A stretch of 58,565 nucleotides of DNA. Origin: a virus (Duplodnaviria; Caudoviricetes). Each line of letters opens with the position of its first letter. Within the stretch, counting starts at the first letter, position 1. Under the pieces are notes generated by a model that was not told the DNA's origin, made no database searches, and worked only from the letters and a program-made list of their open reading frames with translations. Shown one piece after another: positions 47,269-56,932 of this stretch. The DNA lies in the IMG/VR virus record IMGVR_UViG_3300036861_000141, positions 1 through 58,565 of that record, one strand, 5' to 3'. The position numbers were made by a program, and so were the translations under genes.

Positions 47269-48516
47269 ATGCCTGGTGACACTCCACGTAGTCAGTGGAC
47301 CGTCGAGACGTTACATGAACACTTGATCACGCTCATTGATGAGCGCGACAACAAGTATGGCGCACGCTTCGACGCAACCGAACGGGCCACGAGTACGGCG
47401 ATGAAGTCGGCGGAGACGGCGGTCCTGAAGGCGGAAACGGCGGCCGAAAAGCGTTTCGAGTGTGTGTCTATTGACACCCCTATCCTCTGTGCTGACCTCG
47501 TCTGGCGACCGGCCGGAGACCTACAGGTAGGAGACGAGTTAATCGCGTGCGACGAAGATGCACCGACTAGGCATGGCCGTCGCTTCAGACGTGCCGTTGT
47601 CACGGCCAATGCATCTCACGAAGATGCGCTCCTGCATGTCACGACCACGCACGGAGACGTACGGTGTAACGCTCAGCATCCGTGGCTAGTGTTACCAATA
47701 TCGGCGCAACGGCGTGGTACCGGCTGGCGGTGGGTCCGCGCGTCTGATCTGAAACATGGCGACAAAGTAATGCGTGCTGCGGATCTGTGGACGCCAGATC
47801 ACTCGTGGGAGGCCGGTTGGCTGGCTGGCATGTATGACGGCGAAGGGTGCTTAAGTTACGCGAAGCAGTCAAACACTAGCGTCCGCAATCGAGAGGGATC
47901 CGAGACTAGTTACCTCGGCGTGCATCTCACGCTGTCGCAGCGCGAAGGCGACACGGCCACTCGGATTCACATGGCGCTCGAGCGCTTACTAGTCTCCCTG
48001 TGCATCCATCGGAGGCCGGCTGGTAAATACCGGCACACGCAGCCATTTTTTCATTTCATTGTGACGCGGCGCGCAGAGGTTCTCAGGATTCTTGGAACGA
48101 TCAGGCCGCCACGATTGCTCCTGCGCTCTGATGGTGTCTGGGATGGACGGCCGATTAACGGTAATCATCGCGAGACGACAGTGGTATCGGTAGAGTCGGC
48201 TGGGGCCGGCATGATTGCGGCGCTCTCGACATCAACTCGAACCTATATCGCAGGCGGGTTCGCGATGCATAACAGCGTGAACGAGTTCAGAAATACGTTG
48301 TCCGATCAGCAACGAAACCTCATGCCGCGTGCGGAGGTGGACGTGATCGTCAAAGGCTTGCAGGACAAGATCGCGGCGATTGAAAAGCAGCAAGACAACA
48401 TGATTGCCGAGCGCGCAGGATTGAAGGGTGGGTACGGCTGGGCGGTGGGAGTGATCGGGTTGGTGCTCGCGATGGCGTCCATCATCGCCTTAGCGTCACG
48501 CTTCGGCGGACAGTGA
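47269..48516 (+). CDS. Coiled-coil protein with C-terminal TM, interrupted by an intein
   Basis: Exteins of 64 aa and 80 aa; spliced junction AAEKRFE|SVNEFRNTLSDQQ. Confidence 0.9.
   Translation: MPGDTPRSQWTVETLHEHLITLIDERDNKYGARFDATERATSTAMKSAETAVLKAETAAEKRFECVSIDTPILCADLVWRPAGDLQVGDELIACDEDAPTRHGRRFRRAVVTANASHEDALLHVTTTHGDVRCNAQHPWLVLPISAQRRGTGWRWVRASDLKHGDKVMRAADLWTPDHSWEAGWLAGMYDGEGCLSYAKQSNTSVRNREGSETSYLGVHLTLSQREGDTATRIHMALERLLVSLCIHRRPAGKYRHTQPFFHFIVTRRAEVLRILGTIRPPRLLLRSDGVWDGRPINGNHRETTVVSVESAGAGMIAALSTSTRTYIAGGFAMHNSVNEFRNTLSDQQRNLMPRAEVDVIVKGLQDKIAAIEKQQDNMIAERAGLKGGYGWAVGVIGLVLAMASIIALASRFGGQ
47461..48273 (+). mobile_element. Intein (271 aa) with LAGLIDADG homing endonuclease
   Basis: Block A CVSIDTPILCAD, block B VRCNAQHPWL, WLAGMYDGEG, blocks F/G VVSVE...TRTYIAGGFAMHN followed by Ser+1. 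Confidence 0.92.
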
Positions 48517-48559
48517 CATCGTGAGCCTTATCCGTTTGGGGTGTTGATTGTGCAGGCGA

Positions 48560-48781
48560 TCAAGCCGTGAAGTTCTCGGGCCGCTTAGTCATGGCGGCGT
48601 TCAACTGGCCTATTGCGCGTATTGCTTCAGTTACGGTAAGGCCAGTACGACTTAGGCATTGAGAGAGGGTGTTGATCGCGGTGTTCAGTTCGTGGTCGCT
48701 CAAGTGGTCGGTAGAAATACCCCAGGCCGATAGCTCAGAGCGAACCTGCTTGATTGCATCGTGCCACCGCTGGTGATTCAC
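48560..48781 (-). CDS. Small hypothetical moron, probably leaderless
   Basis: TAGAAT 6 nt before the GTG. Confidence 0.5.
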   Translation of the reverse strand: MNHQRWHDAIKQVRSELSAWGISTDHLSDHELNTAINTLSQCLSRTGLTVTEAIRAIGQLNAAMTKRPENFTA

Positions 48782-48801
48782 ATGCCGATTCTACACCTGA
48801 T

Positions 48802-49824
48802 ATGAGCCTCCTCGATCTGCGCTGGCGCAAGAAGAAACCTGCCACAGTGCCAGCGCCTCCGCTTGAGCCTCCGCCAAGTGGATCTGTCACGTCAATAAGA
48901 GTCACCGATGAGCGGGACGGTGAGATTCCAAACAGAGGCCACAGCTACCACAGTCAGGTTTATAACCGTGGCGAAGATGTCTGGTTTGCCTTTTGCGGCA
49001 ACGCAGATGGACACCCGCGGTTCTTCAAGATTGAAGGCACTGCGATTACTCGGCTCGGCCCGCTGTTACCGTTTGTCACAACCGGCGAAGGCATGTACTG
49101 GGACGCATCTGGATGGATTTACGTATGCGATGGCCCGCGCCTGCTGCGCGTCAATCCGTTTACCGGCCAGCAGACGATCGCGCTGGACATCTCGCAGACG
49201 CATCCAGGCTGTGACCTGTGGCAGAGTCATTCATCCGAGGATGGCCGTACGCATAGCGCCACGGTGCGCCAGATTGTTACCGACGGTAAGTATCCGAACA
49301 TTGGGACAATCGTGCAGAAGGATGGCGCACAACAGTTCTACGGAGCCGAGGGCGTGCTGGACGAGTCCCACCTGACATCCGATGGGTCGCATTTGCTGAT
49401 CGAAGAATCAGACGGCAATCTGATTGTTGATTTGTCGAGTTGGGGCGAGCGCTGGATTACCAATGCCGAAGGGGCACTCAGCCACGTTGACTGCGGACCT
49501 GATTATGTCGTGGGTGAAGACGATCAGGCTGGAGCCTGTACGTATCTGGATCTGAGGACGTTGGAGCGACGACTGCTATTCCCGACGTGGGGCATGGGCC
49601 ACGTCTCGGTGCGCGCTGGCAAGTGTCTACTGAGCGATGCCGAAAAATTGTCCATGGTTGCGCTGGATGGCTCAGGCGTCACGTCGCTGGCTCCTCACGG
49701 CATGGTGAGTGATGGCACCTACGAGACGCAGGTGTTCGGAAATCTCTCGCCAGATGGCAGCGTCGCGGCCTACGTCTCGAATGTTGCTGGTAGGTTCGAT
49801 CTGTATGTGCTGAGAGTGCCCTAA
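48802..49824 (+). CDS. Beta-propeller (TolB/WD-like) protein
   Basis: Repeated SxDG blade turns (SEDGRT, TSDGSH, LSPDGS.AAYVSN..GRFDLY); basic and Pro-rich N-terminus. Confidence 0.65.
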   Translation: MSLLDLRWRKKKPATVPAPPLEPPPSGSVTSIRVTDERDGEIPNRGHSYHSQVYNRGEDVWFAFCGNADGHPRFFKIEGTAITRLGPLLPFVTTGEGMYWDASGWIYVCDGPRLLRVNPFTGQQTIALDISQTHPGCDLWQSHSSEDGRTHSATVRQIVTDGKYPNIGTIVQKDGAQQFYGAEGVLDESHLTSDGSHLLIEESDGNLIVDLSSWGERWITNAEGALSHVDCGPDYVVGEDDQAGACTYLDLRTLERRLLFPTWGMGHVSVRAGKCLLSDAEKLSMVALDGSGVTSLAPHGMVSDGTYETQVFGNLSPDGSVAAYVSNVAGRFDLYVLRVP

Positions 49825-49828
49825 GAGA

Positions 49829-49913
49829 CTGGCCGGAAGTCGGCTCACCGCTGGGACCGATGTCCATCAGGATCCCCCTGAGCGTCGGAGGTGGGAGACC
49901 GGCTTCCGGCTAG
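49829..49913 (+). terminator. Long imperfect hairpin between the late operon and the convergent integrase
   Basis: CUGGCCGGAAGUCGG/CCGGCUUCCGGCUAG outer stem plus three stacked inner stems with many G-U pairs. Confidence 0.55.
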
Positions 49914-49915
49914 CG

Positions 49916-50101
49916 TCCCACAAATTCCCACAAATATTCTCCACACGTGTCGTCCAGATCGTAAGGTTTATGGCGTATTATGTCCTCTCGTGTCCACTGT
50001 TCCAGGTAGGCTAGAAGCGGCGAAAGTCCCATATCTATTGGCGTGATCGCACACGAAAGCCCCTAGAACGTCTGCACGGCCACACCCCCCGCCTTTCTTT
50101 T
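49916..50101. other. Probable attP region
   Basis: Non-coding gap at the 3' end of int; tandem TCCCACAAAT x2 at 49916-49935 resembles arm-type sites. The core was not identified. Confidence 0.5.
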
Positions 50102-51187
50102 CTAGCCTCGTTTTCGTTCCTGTTTTCTCACTTTTGCAGCTGTCCCACGTTTTGGCACCACAGGAAATCCCCCGAAGCGCCCTTCCAGCAACTGCCCGAG
50201 CTTCTGCATCCGCGAGTTCAGGACGGGTACATAGTGCCGGCGAGTCATCCGGGTATCGGAGTGTCCTGCTCCGGCGGCAATGTCCGCTAAATCAGCCCCT
50301 CGCTCGGCCGCTTCAATCCATGTTGAGTGTCGCGCGTTGTAGGGTCTGACACCTTCGGGCCAGCCACATCGTCTGATCGTCTTCGCAAACGCAGAGGTGC
50401 CATACTCGCCCCATGCATCAACCTCTGCAAAGAGCTTCCACGCAGCCAGCATGTCGTCATTGAGGTAGAGGCCCGGCGACCATCCGCCTTTGCCGTCTCG
50501 CACCAACCAGACACGGCGCTCAAGATCGACGTCGCCCTTTTTTGCTCGCATGATTTCTGACGGCCGGCGTCCAGTTGAGACGAGGACGCGGAACCGTGCG
50601 CGAGTCTTGGCGGTGAAGTGGCCTGTTTTCTCTCTCGCCTGCAACTCCTGATCGACCTTCAGGATCGTCTCGGCGTCGATGTGCTGGATCGGCGTCCTAG
50701 GCACGTGGAGCGGCGGCACATCGTCAACGGGCGTTGGTGCTCTCCTGCCGTCCAGCGTGTGGTACAGATGCCGGAGCGTTTCGCAGCGGTGGTTGATGGT
50801 GCGCGGAGCTGCCTTGGCCTGTTGCCATTTCACGCGAGCGGCGAGCACGTCCGTTCGGTTGATGCGGTGCCGCGGCACGTCGCCTAAGAGGGCATTCCAG
50901 TGCGCCAGGTGGGCTTTGCGATTGCGGCAGGAAACGAGCGTGGCAACGAGCTTTAGGTACTTCGGCGTGTCAGCCTTGAGCGTGCCGCGCTCAGCCTTTG
51001 GGGTTTCGGTTCTGCCTTGGCTTTCGAGTTGAGCGCGTTTCGTTAATAGCTCGTCTGGCGTGGAGTCCTTCGGCATCCGTGCGTAGTAGGCGGTACCGCC
51101 CACAACCACGCGGATTTCGTACGCACCGTCCTTGCCTTCACGATACACATTCTTGGTGAACCGAATCCGTTTGCCCTGACGTGGCAC
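50102..51187 (-). CDS. int: Tyrosine integrase
   Basis: TGRRPSEI (R), DGKGG (K), YNARHS (HxxR variant), GHSD..MT.RHY. Confidence 0.93.
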   Translation of the reverse strand: MPRQGKRIRFTKNVYREGKDGAYEIRVVVGGTAYYARMPKDSTPDELLTKRAQLESQGRTETPKAERGTLKADTPKYLKLVATLVSCRNRKAHLAHWNALLGDVPRHRINRTDVLAARVKWQQAKAAPRTINHRCETLRHLYHTLDGRRAPTPVDDVPPLHVPRTPIQHIDAETILKVDQELQAREKTGHFTAKTRARFRVLVSTGRRPSEIMRAKKGDVDLERRVWLVRDGKGGWSPGLYLNDDMLAAWKLFAEVDAWGEYGTSAFAKTIRRCGWPEGVRPYNARHSTWIEAAERGADLADIAAGAGHSDTRMTRRHYVPVLNSRMQKLGQLLEGRFGGFPVVPKRGTAAKVRKQERKRG

Positions 51188-51190
51188 GAT

Positions 51191-51685
51191 TTACTTCGCG
51201 AGCGCCTTCCGATTCTTGTTCAGCCACCCTTCGACCTTGCGTGCGAGGTTCTCGCCAATTGATCGACCGAACGGCCCTAGGCCAGCATCAAACTCCGTCG
51301 TAAATGTACCGCTGGTGAGTTTCACCCGCCCGGTAAAGATCGCCATCGGAGGTGACCGTGAGATCACGACGGCACCGCCAATGGGCACGGCAGTAGCGAA
51401 GGTCTGGCCGGTTGGTTCGCCACCGACGCTGATTACCTCAAGTCGGATAGTTGCGTCGTCTGCAGACTCAGTGATCGTGACATCTTTCATCTGTGTCAGC
51501 CGTTTCTTCATGTCCGCCACGGCGGCGAGTCGTTCTCTGGTGGCCTCGTCAGTTAAGCCACTTGGATCAGTTGGCGTGAACACGTACAGGTGAATCGGCA
51601 ACTGCGCGGAAGCCAATCCAACACTCAAGTAGACGATCAATAGGACTCTAGCGACACATAGCTGTAAGCCTGTGCGGCTGCTCAT
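51191..51685 (-). CDS. Secreted or periplasmic lysogeny-module protein (possible superinfection exclusion)
   Basis: AGGGGAG RBS; signal peptide ending LASA|Q; lies between repressor and int. Confidence 0.6.
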   Translation of the reverse strand: MSSRTGLQLCVARVLLIVYLSVGLASAQLPIHLYVFTPTDPSGLTDEATRERLAAVADMKKRLTQMKDVTITESADDATIRLEVISVGGEPTGQTFATAVPIGGAVVISRSPPMAIFTGRVKLTSGTFTTEFDAGLGPFGRSIGENLARKVEGWLNKNRKALAK

Positions 51686-51736
51686 TGTGAACTCCCCTGT
51701 CATACCGGCGATCTCTAATATTTTTGGGTTTGGGTA

Positions 51737-51765
51737 TTGACCAACCACTACTTGACATTTAGGCT
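51737..51765 (+). promoter_or_regulatory. Sigma70-like promoter firing antisense into the repressor gene
   Basis: TTGACC-17nt-TAGGCT, then GAGGAGG and ATG at 51800. Confidence 0.5.
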
Positions 51766-51848
51766 TCACACTTTGTCACACCGATCCGAGGAGGCCATCA
51801 TGCGGCGATCGGCGGCGGCGCGGCGGTCGGTATCCTGCAACGACTCCA

Positions 51849-52319
51849 CTACGTACCAGTCTTGCGAGGTCCAGACGGTCGACGCCGATCTGGTCGATGT
51901 GTGGTACGGGCTGCCCGTATGGGTGCGGGTGTGGGTCCGGCAGCTTGTGGTTGCGTTGGCGCTAACTTCGGCGGAGGAACCAGAGTCATTGCCCGACGCG
52001 CTGACTCCGGGAGTTTCAAGAACCACAGGACTTGTCGTACCGTTTGTTCGTCCGCCAGTTTGTCCAGTAAATCCGGTTCATTCTCCAGAGTCTGACTCAG
52101 CGCGTCCAGCTTCGTAAAAAACTGCGCGAGAGTACTGCCGCACGCTTCGATAATCCGTGCGACTGAGGAGAGTTCAGGCGAGTACGTTTTGCCCTTCACA
52201 CCGCGTACGTTCTCGATTCGATGAACAGTCGAACGATTCAGCCCCTCGATCTCATCGAGGCTCTTATCCGATTGCACGCGCAATAGCCGTAGCGCCTCTC
52301 GCACGGCGATGAGATCCAT
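51849..52319 (-). CDS. Immunity repressor (XRE HTH)
   Basis: LRLLR.....SLDEI.GLNRSTVHRIEN...PEL..VARI; divergent from the Cro-like gene. Confidence 0.8.
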   Translation of the reverse strand: MDLIAVREALRLLRVQSDKSLDEIEGLNRSTVHRIENVRGVKGKTYSPELSSVARIIEACGSTLAQFFTKLDALSQTLENEPDLLDKLADEQTVRQVLWFLKLPESARRAMTLVPPPKLAPTQPQAAGPTPAPIRAARTTHRPDRRRPSGPRKTGT

Positions 52320-52335
52320 CGCCGCCAAGTATCTA

Positions 52336-52443
52336 TCGCATTCCTGCATACGTCGCCGCGCCTCCATACAATGTGCGCATAGAGGCAACAACACGCTTGA
52401 CACGTCGCATATGTGCATATATCCTCGGTCGCACGTATGCAAC
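52336..52443. promoter_or_regulatory. Lysis-lysogeny switch: three operators and a PR-like promoter
   Basis: TCGCA-N4-TGCA at 52336, 52405 and 52429; TTGACA (52397)-17nt-TATCCT (52420). Confidence 0.75.
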
Positions 52444-52655
52444 AGATCGACTTACGTAGCGCACGCAAGCGACGACGGATGGACCAAGAAACGCTGGCTG
52501 AGCGGTCTGGGGTTGATCAGTCAACGGTAAGCCGATTGGAGCGCGGCGGTATTAAAAAACCCACGCCCGAGACGGTCGATGCGCTGGAGAGAGCGCTTCG
52601 ACTGAAGCCCGGAACGCTGGTATTTGGCGATCAGGACATGGCGAGGACCGCGTGA
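52437..52655 (+). CDS. Cro-like HTH protein
   Basis: LRSARKRRRMDQETLAERSGVDQSTVSRLERG. Confidence 0.9.
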   Translation: MQQIDLRSARKRRRMDQETLAERSGVDQSTVSRLERGGIKKPTPETVDALERALRLKPGTLVFGDQDMARTA

Positions 52656-52879
52656 CGCCTTTCAATGTCATCGACACGGCGACATGGCCCACTGTTTTGG
52701 GGCCTGACCAAATTGCCGCGATCTATCAGCGGTCGGTCATGGCGGTGAAGAAGGCCTGTCAACGCGGCGACTTCAGGCCGGCACCGTTCAAGGTCAGGCC
52801 ATACCGCTGGCGCCGAGTTGACGTTCTCAGAGACGTGGAAGGCTCGCGCGGCTTCCATCAGTTGCAGAGGGTGTCGTAA
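52652..52879 (+). CDS. Excisionase-like protein
   Basis: P.VL..DQIAAIYQRS...V.K....G.F.PAP.......WRR.DV. Confidence 0.65.
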   Translation: MTPFNVIDTATWPTVLGPDQIAAIYQRSVMAVKKACQRGDFRPAPFKVRPYRWRRVDVLRDVEGSRGFHQLQRVS

Positions 52880-53124
52880 ATGGGCATCACTCCGCGTACG
52901 TCGCTAAAGCCGTGGCCGATGTGGGTTAGATGGTCATTGTTCATTGGCGTCATCGCGGCAGGCTTGATCTTTCTGGTAACTGCGCCGCCATATGTGCCAC
53001 CACCGCCGGAGCCTATCAAAGAGACGCCATTGTCGCGTTGCATTGACGCTGGCGGTATCCCCACGACATCCGTGTGGGATGGACGACTGACCGGGTGCAT
53101 CTTTCCACCAGCAAAGGCAGGGCA

Positions 53125-53433
53125 ATGAGCGTGCAGCCCTCTCTTCTTGATTCTCCAGTCATGCCATCGCTGGAATCGCTCCTTGTTCGCAACTCGGCCT
53201 GTGCGCGGCTTGCTCGATTGCTGCTCGCGCGTCGGGGTGAATGGATCGACGGCAAGGTGATCGCGACGGTCGCTGGTGGCTATGCGTGGCGCACAAGAAT
53301 CTCGAATCTCCGCAAGGAGCCGTGGTTCTTGGACGTAAAGAATCGCTATCGGCATGTTAATGAGGACGGCCGGAAGTTCGTCATCAGCGAATACATGCTC
53401 AGCGCGGAGGCCGGGGTTAAGTCTCATGGCTGA
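53125..53433 (+). CDS. Winged-helix DNA-binding protein
   Basis: LL..RGEWI....I......AWRTRISNLRK...SEYML. Confidence 0.55.
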   Translation: MSVQPSLLDSPVMPSLESLLVRNSACARLARLLLARRGEWIDGKVIATVAGGYAWRTRISNLRKEPWFLDVKNRYRHVNEDGRKFVISEYMLSAEAGVKSHG

Positions 53434-53683
53434 TGTGAAGAACGGCGGGCCAGCGTTTCCGCGCCTCGCGGCCTACATCGACTGCGGCGGCGACGACAAG
53501 GAATACGTCGCAGCGCAGGAGGGCATGTCGCTGCGGGATTACTTCGCTGGGCAGGCACTGGTTGGGTTTATGGCGCATCCGAAGGCACCACCTATTGAGC
53601 CTGCTGACGCCAAGAAACTTGCGGCCGACTCGTACGACGTGGCTGACGCGATGATTGCAGCCCGCGAGAAGTCCCATGTCTAG
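53426..53683 (+). CDS. Conserved phage early protein
   Basis: GGPAFP...GMSLRDYFAGQAL.G...A..SY.VADAMIAAR. Confidence 0.75.
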   Translation: MADVKNGGPAFPRLAAYIDCGGDDKEYVAAQEGMSLRDYFAGQALVGFMAHPKAPPIEPADAKKLAADSYDVADAMIAAREKSHV

Positions 53684-55241
53684 CCCGTTGGCTATTGGCG
53701 CGCTTGTGATCCTGGTGTTGTTCTTCATCGCTGGGTGTCTCGGGCTGTGGATTAAAGACAAGGATCGCCGTGGCTGAGAGAGAAGAAGAGGCAACGCGCG
53801 TGGAAGAGGCGATTGGAGTGCCGTCAACGCTGGCTCCTCTGTCTCCGCTGCCGTGGCACGTCGGGCCGCACTATAAGACCGACATCGAAAGCTCGCAGGG
53901 GCGAGTGGCCGAGATCGGATTTATCAACTCGCCACACGGCATTTGTGATGCGGCCTACATCGTTCACGCCTGCAACCTGTACCCAGAACTGCTGGCCGCG
54001 CTGAAGCAATTGCACGACGTGACGATGCAGGGTCTCTTGCCTTGCGACAGCGACTGCGAGCCTGGGTGCGTGTTCTGTGTCGCCACGCGGGCCATTGCCA
54101 AAGCTGAAGGTGTCACTCATGGCCGCTGATCGCCTGACGCTGGCGCATCTTTCTGTAGTGCCACAGCGCCTCAATCAGCCGGTCTTCGGCTTGCTTGAGA
54201 TCGAGCACGAGTGGATCTCGGTGATCGAGTTCGGCGGGCATTGGTTCGCCTGTTGCGCCTGCGGCTTCGTGAGCTCTGGCTATCTCAGCGAGGCCGAAGC
54301 TCGTCGCTCGCGGTGTGAGGTGCAAGACAGCCTCCTGCGATCCGCCGAGTTGCTGGGGCACATCCTGGCGAGCAGTGATGAGAGACGGTCGGTGCTGCGG
54401 CATGAGTGACATCGTCGCAAAAGGCGCACGGCTGGGGGAAGACAAAAGACTGGACCGTCTACCAGCCAGCGCACAGAGCGCGGTCCTAAAAGTGGACCGT
54501 CACCCGATGGAGGCCGGCAAAGCCAGCATCGGCGCCGCGGTGAAGAGTGCAGTTGGGGACGACCCATTGCGGGTCTATGGCGACGAAGCGTTCATGTCCA
54601 AGGTGATCAGCGGTGAGAAGGTGCCTGACTACTTGGGGCGGATTGCCTCACGGCCAGCGGCCCTCCGGCGCTACGCACTGTCACTGCTGAAAGGTGATCC
54701 GAACGTGCGGATTAGAACGACCGTGGATTGGGATGAGGAGAAGGTGGGCTAGATGGCGAAGGCAGCAAATACCGAACGGATGGTCATGATCCCGCGTGCG
54801 GTCTATGGGCAGTACGCGGGTCTGCCGTGGGATGACTTGGTTGCGGCTGCAGAGCGCGGCGAGAACGGCGTCACGTTTCGGACTGGCTTAGAAGGCTACG
54901 CCTTGATGCGCGGCTGAACATTCGGAGAAGTCTCTCGTCGGCAAATCGCTGTTGTATTACCAAGCGTGGGTCTGAAGGGCAGGCTGACATGAGCAAGGTG
55001 GCAGCGTTCACCCGCGATCGGCATGTGGTCTCTCACACCCAGGATCTGCTGGACATCCAAGCGGCGAAGGTAGCAATGCACCGTGAGCGGAACCTGACAG
55101 GCCTCAAGTTCGCCACGATTGTGTGTCCGACATGCGGCATGGAGATCGAGGGAATAGGGGTAACTGTTGGCGCGGCCGAGGTGCAGATGAGCAAGGCCAT
55201 CGAGGCGCATTTCGTGAGCGCGCATCAAGGATAGGAGCGAT

Positions 55242-55631
55242 ATGAACATTAACGACGCATTTCCAAGCAACTACCTGAAGGCGTCCGACCTTGGCGAGTC
55301 ACAGCCGGTCGTGACGATTGACCGTGTCGAAGTGGAGCCGGTCGGCCGCGGGAAGGAAATGAAGCCGGTGGTCTACTTCGCGGGCAAGACCAAGGGGATG
55401 GTGCTGAACAAAACCAACTCCAAAAAGATCGCCGAGATTGCCAGCTCACACGATACCGACGACTGGCACGGTGTCCAGATTCGCCTGTTCGCTACGGAAG
55501 TGGATTTCCAGGGTGAAACGGTTGAAGCGATCCGCGTGAAGAATCCGGCCGTCAAGGGCCAGCGCCGAGTTGAGCCTGAACCTGAGTATGCACCAGCGGG
55601 TGCTATCGACGACTCCGACATCCCTTTCTGA
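55242..55631 (+). CDS. Putative single-stranded DNA-binding protein
   Basis: FPSNYLKASDL...VLNKTN...; acidic C-terminal DDSDIPF; AGGAG RBS. Confidence 0.7.
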   Translation: MNINDAFPSNYLKASDLGESQPVVTIDRVEVEPVGRGKEMKPVVYFAGKTKGMVLNKTNSKKIAEIASSHDTDDWHGVQIRLFATEVDFQGETVEAIRVKNPAVKGQRRVEPEPEYAPAGAIDDSDIPF

Positions 55632-55638
55632 TTGAGCC

Positions 55639-56313
55639 ATGAACGTCACGCCGATCATCGTTGACATCGAAACCTGTGGCCTTCCGAATGCCGCTGATTT
55701 TCTCGAGCCGGTGCAGCCAGATAAGCGGCTGAAGGACGTTGAGAAGATCAAGGCGGACATCGCAGACAAGGAACAGGCACGCATTGAGCGGCTGTCGCTG
55801 GATTGGAACGTGGGCCGCATCGTCGCGATGGGTTGGTGGACGGAGCAGACCGGCACCGTGGTGCGCGTCTGTGCCGACGAGATGGAGGAGCAGGACGCGC
55901 TCACCGAGTTCTGGGAAGAGTCGAGGCATCGCACGCTCGTCGGATTCAATCTCAAAGGTTTTGACCTTCGGTTCATGGTGCAGCGATCCCGGTACCTCCG
56001 CGTGCCTCATCCGATCTTGGACTTCAGCAAGTACAGCCGGAAAGGCGTCACGGATCTGTTTATTGACCTGACATTTGGCGATGGGACGTACGACCAAGGC
56101 GCGATGAAGCGCACGCTGAAAGCCTTTTGCAAGCGGTTTGAGATTCCATGCGAAGACGGTGTCAGCGGCTCAGAGATTCCAGCCTTAGTGGCAGAGGGCA
56201 AGTGGGATCAGGTGGCGGCTCATTGTCGATCAGACGTGGAATTGACGGTGCAGCTCGCGCATCGGTTGGGGATCATTCGTGAGATTCCGCAACCCGCAGA
56301 GGCGGTGCTGTAA
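55639..56313 (+). CDS. DEDD 3'-5' exonuclease (PolB/DnaQ-like)
   Basis: IVDIET, LVGFN..GFDL, HCRSDV. Confidence 0.85.
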   Translation: MNVTPIIVDIETCGLPNAADFLEPVQPDKRLKDVEKIKADIADKEQARIERLSLDWNVGRIVAMGWWTEQTGTVVRVCADEMEEQDALTEFWEESRHRTLVGFNLKGFDLRFMVQRSRYLRVPHPILDFSKYSRKGVTDLFIDLTFGDGTYDQGAMKRTLKAFCKRFEIPCEDGVSGSEIPALVAEGKWDQVAAHCRSDVELTVQLAHRLGIIREIPQPAEAVL

Positions 56314-56932
56314 GTGGACGCGCATTACTACAACGGCAGCGACGACCGCGACATCCATGGCGGAGGCATGGGCCATCACGTCAGTTACCGCTACGCCTGC
56401 CAAGGGTTACTGGAGGCCGTGAAGAAAGCCTGTATCCCTGCCGAGTGGCACGGCGATGACCAGTTTAACCAGGCCTCAGCAGTGTGGTTCGCGCGACATG
56501 TGGCGAGAGAAGCGCGACGGCTGGGTTTGCTGCCTTCTGAGCCTCTGGATGTGCAGGTTGTGGCGAGGATTGATGTCGAAGCTGGGGAGCCTATCGGGCC
56601 GTGACCGTCCGCGAGATGGTGTCAGAAGTTCAGCGTGAGCTCTTGGCCGGCAACGTGACCCCGGAGCGTGGCGCGGCCTTGGATAACCGGCTTTCTGCCC
56701 TGCTAGGCAACTGCCTGGAAGAAATCAGGGACGCAGATGCCGAGTTCAATCTTGTGTTGTTGGGATGCTTGAAAGCGGAGAAGGCGGCGAACCGGGCCAA
56801 GGTGCTGGCGGAAACAATGCCGCAGTATGCCAGGCGTCGGGAAGCTCGAGACACGGAGACGCTGATTCTGGAAATGATCCGATCGCTGCGGCATCACGGA
56901 CGGATCGCGCAAGAGGAAATGCGATTGCAACG

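Noticed and set aside
50040-50101. tRNA or tmRNA fragment as att core
   Set aside because: No T-loop GTTCRA or CCA end is recognisable on either strand.
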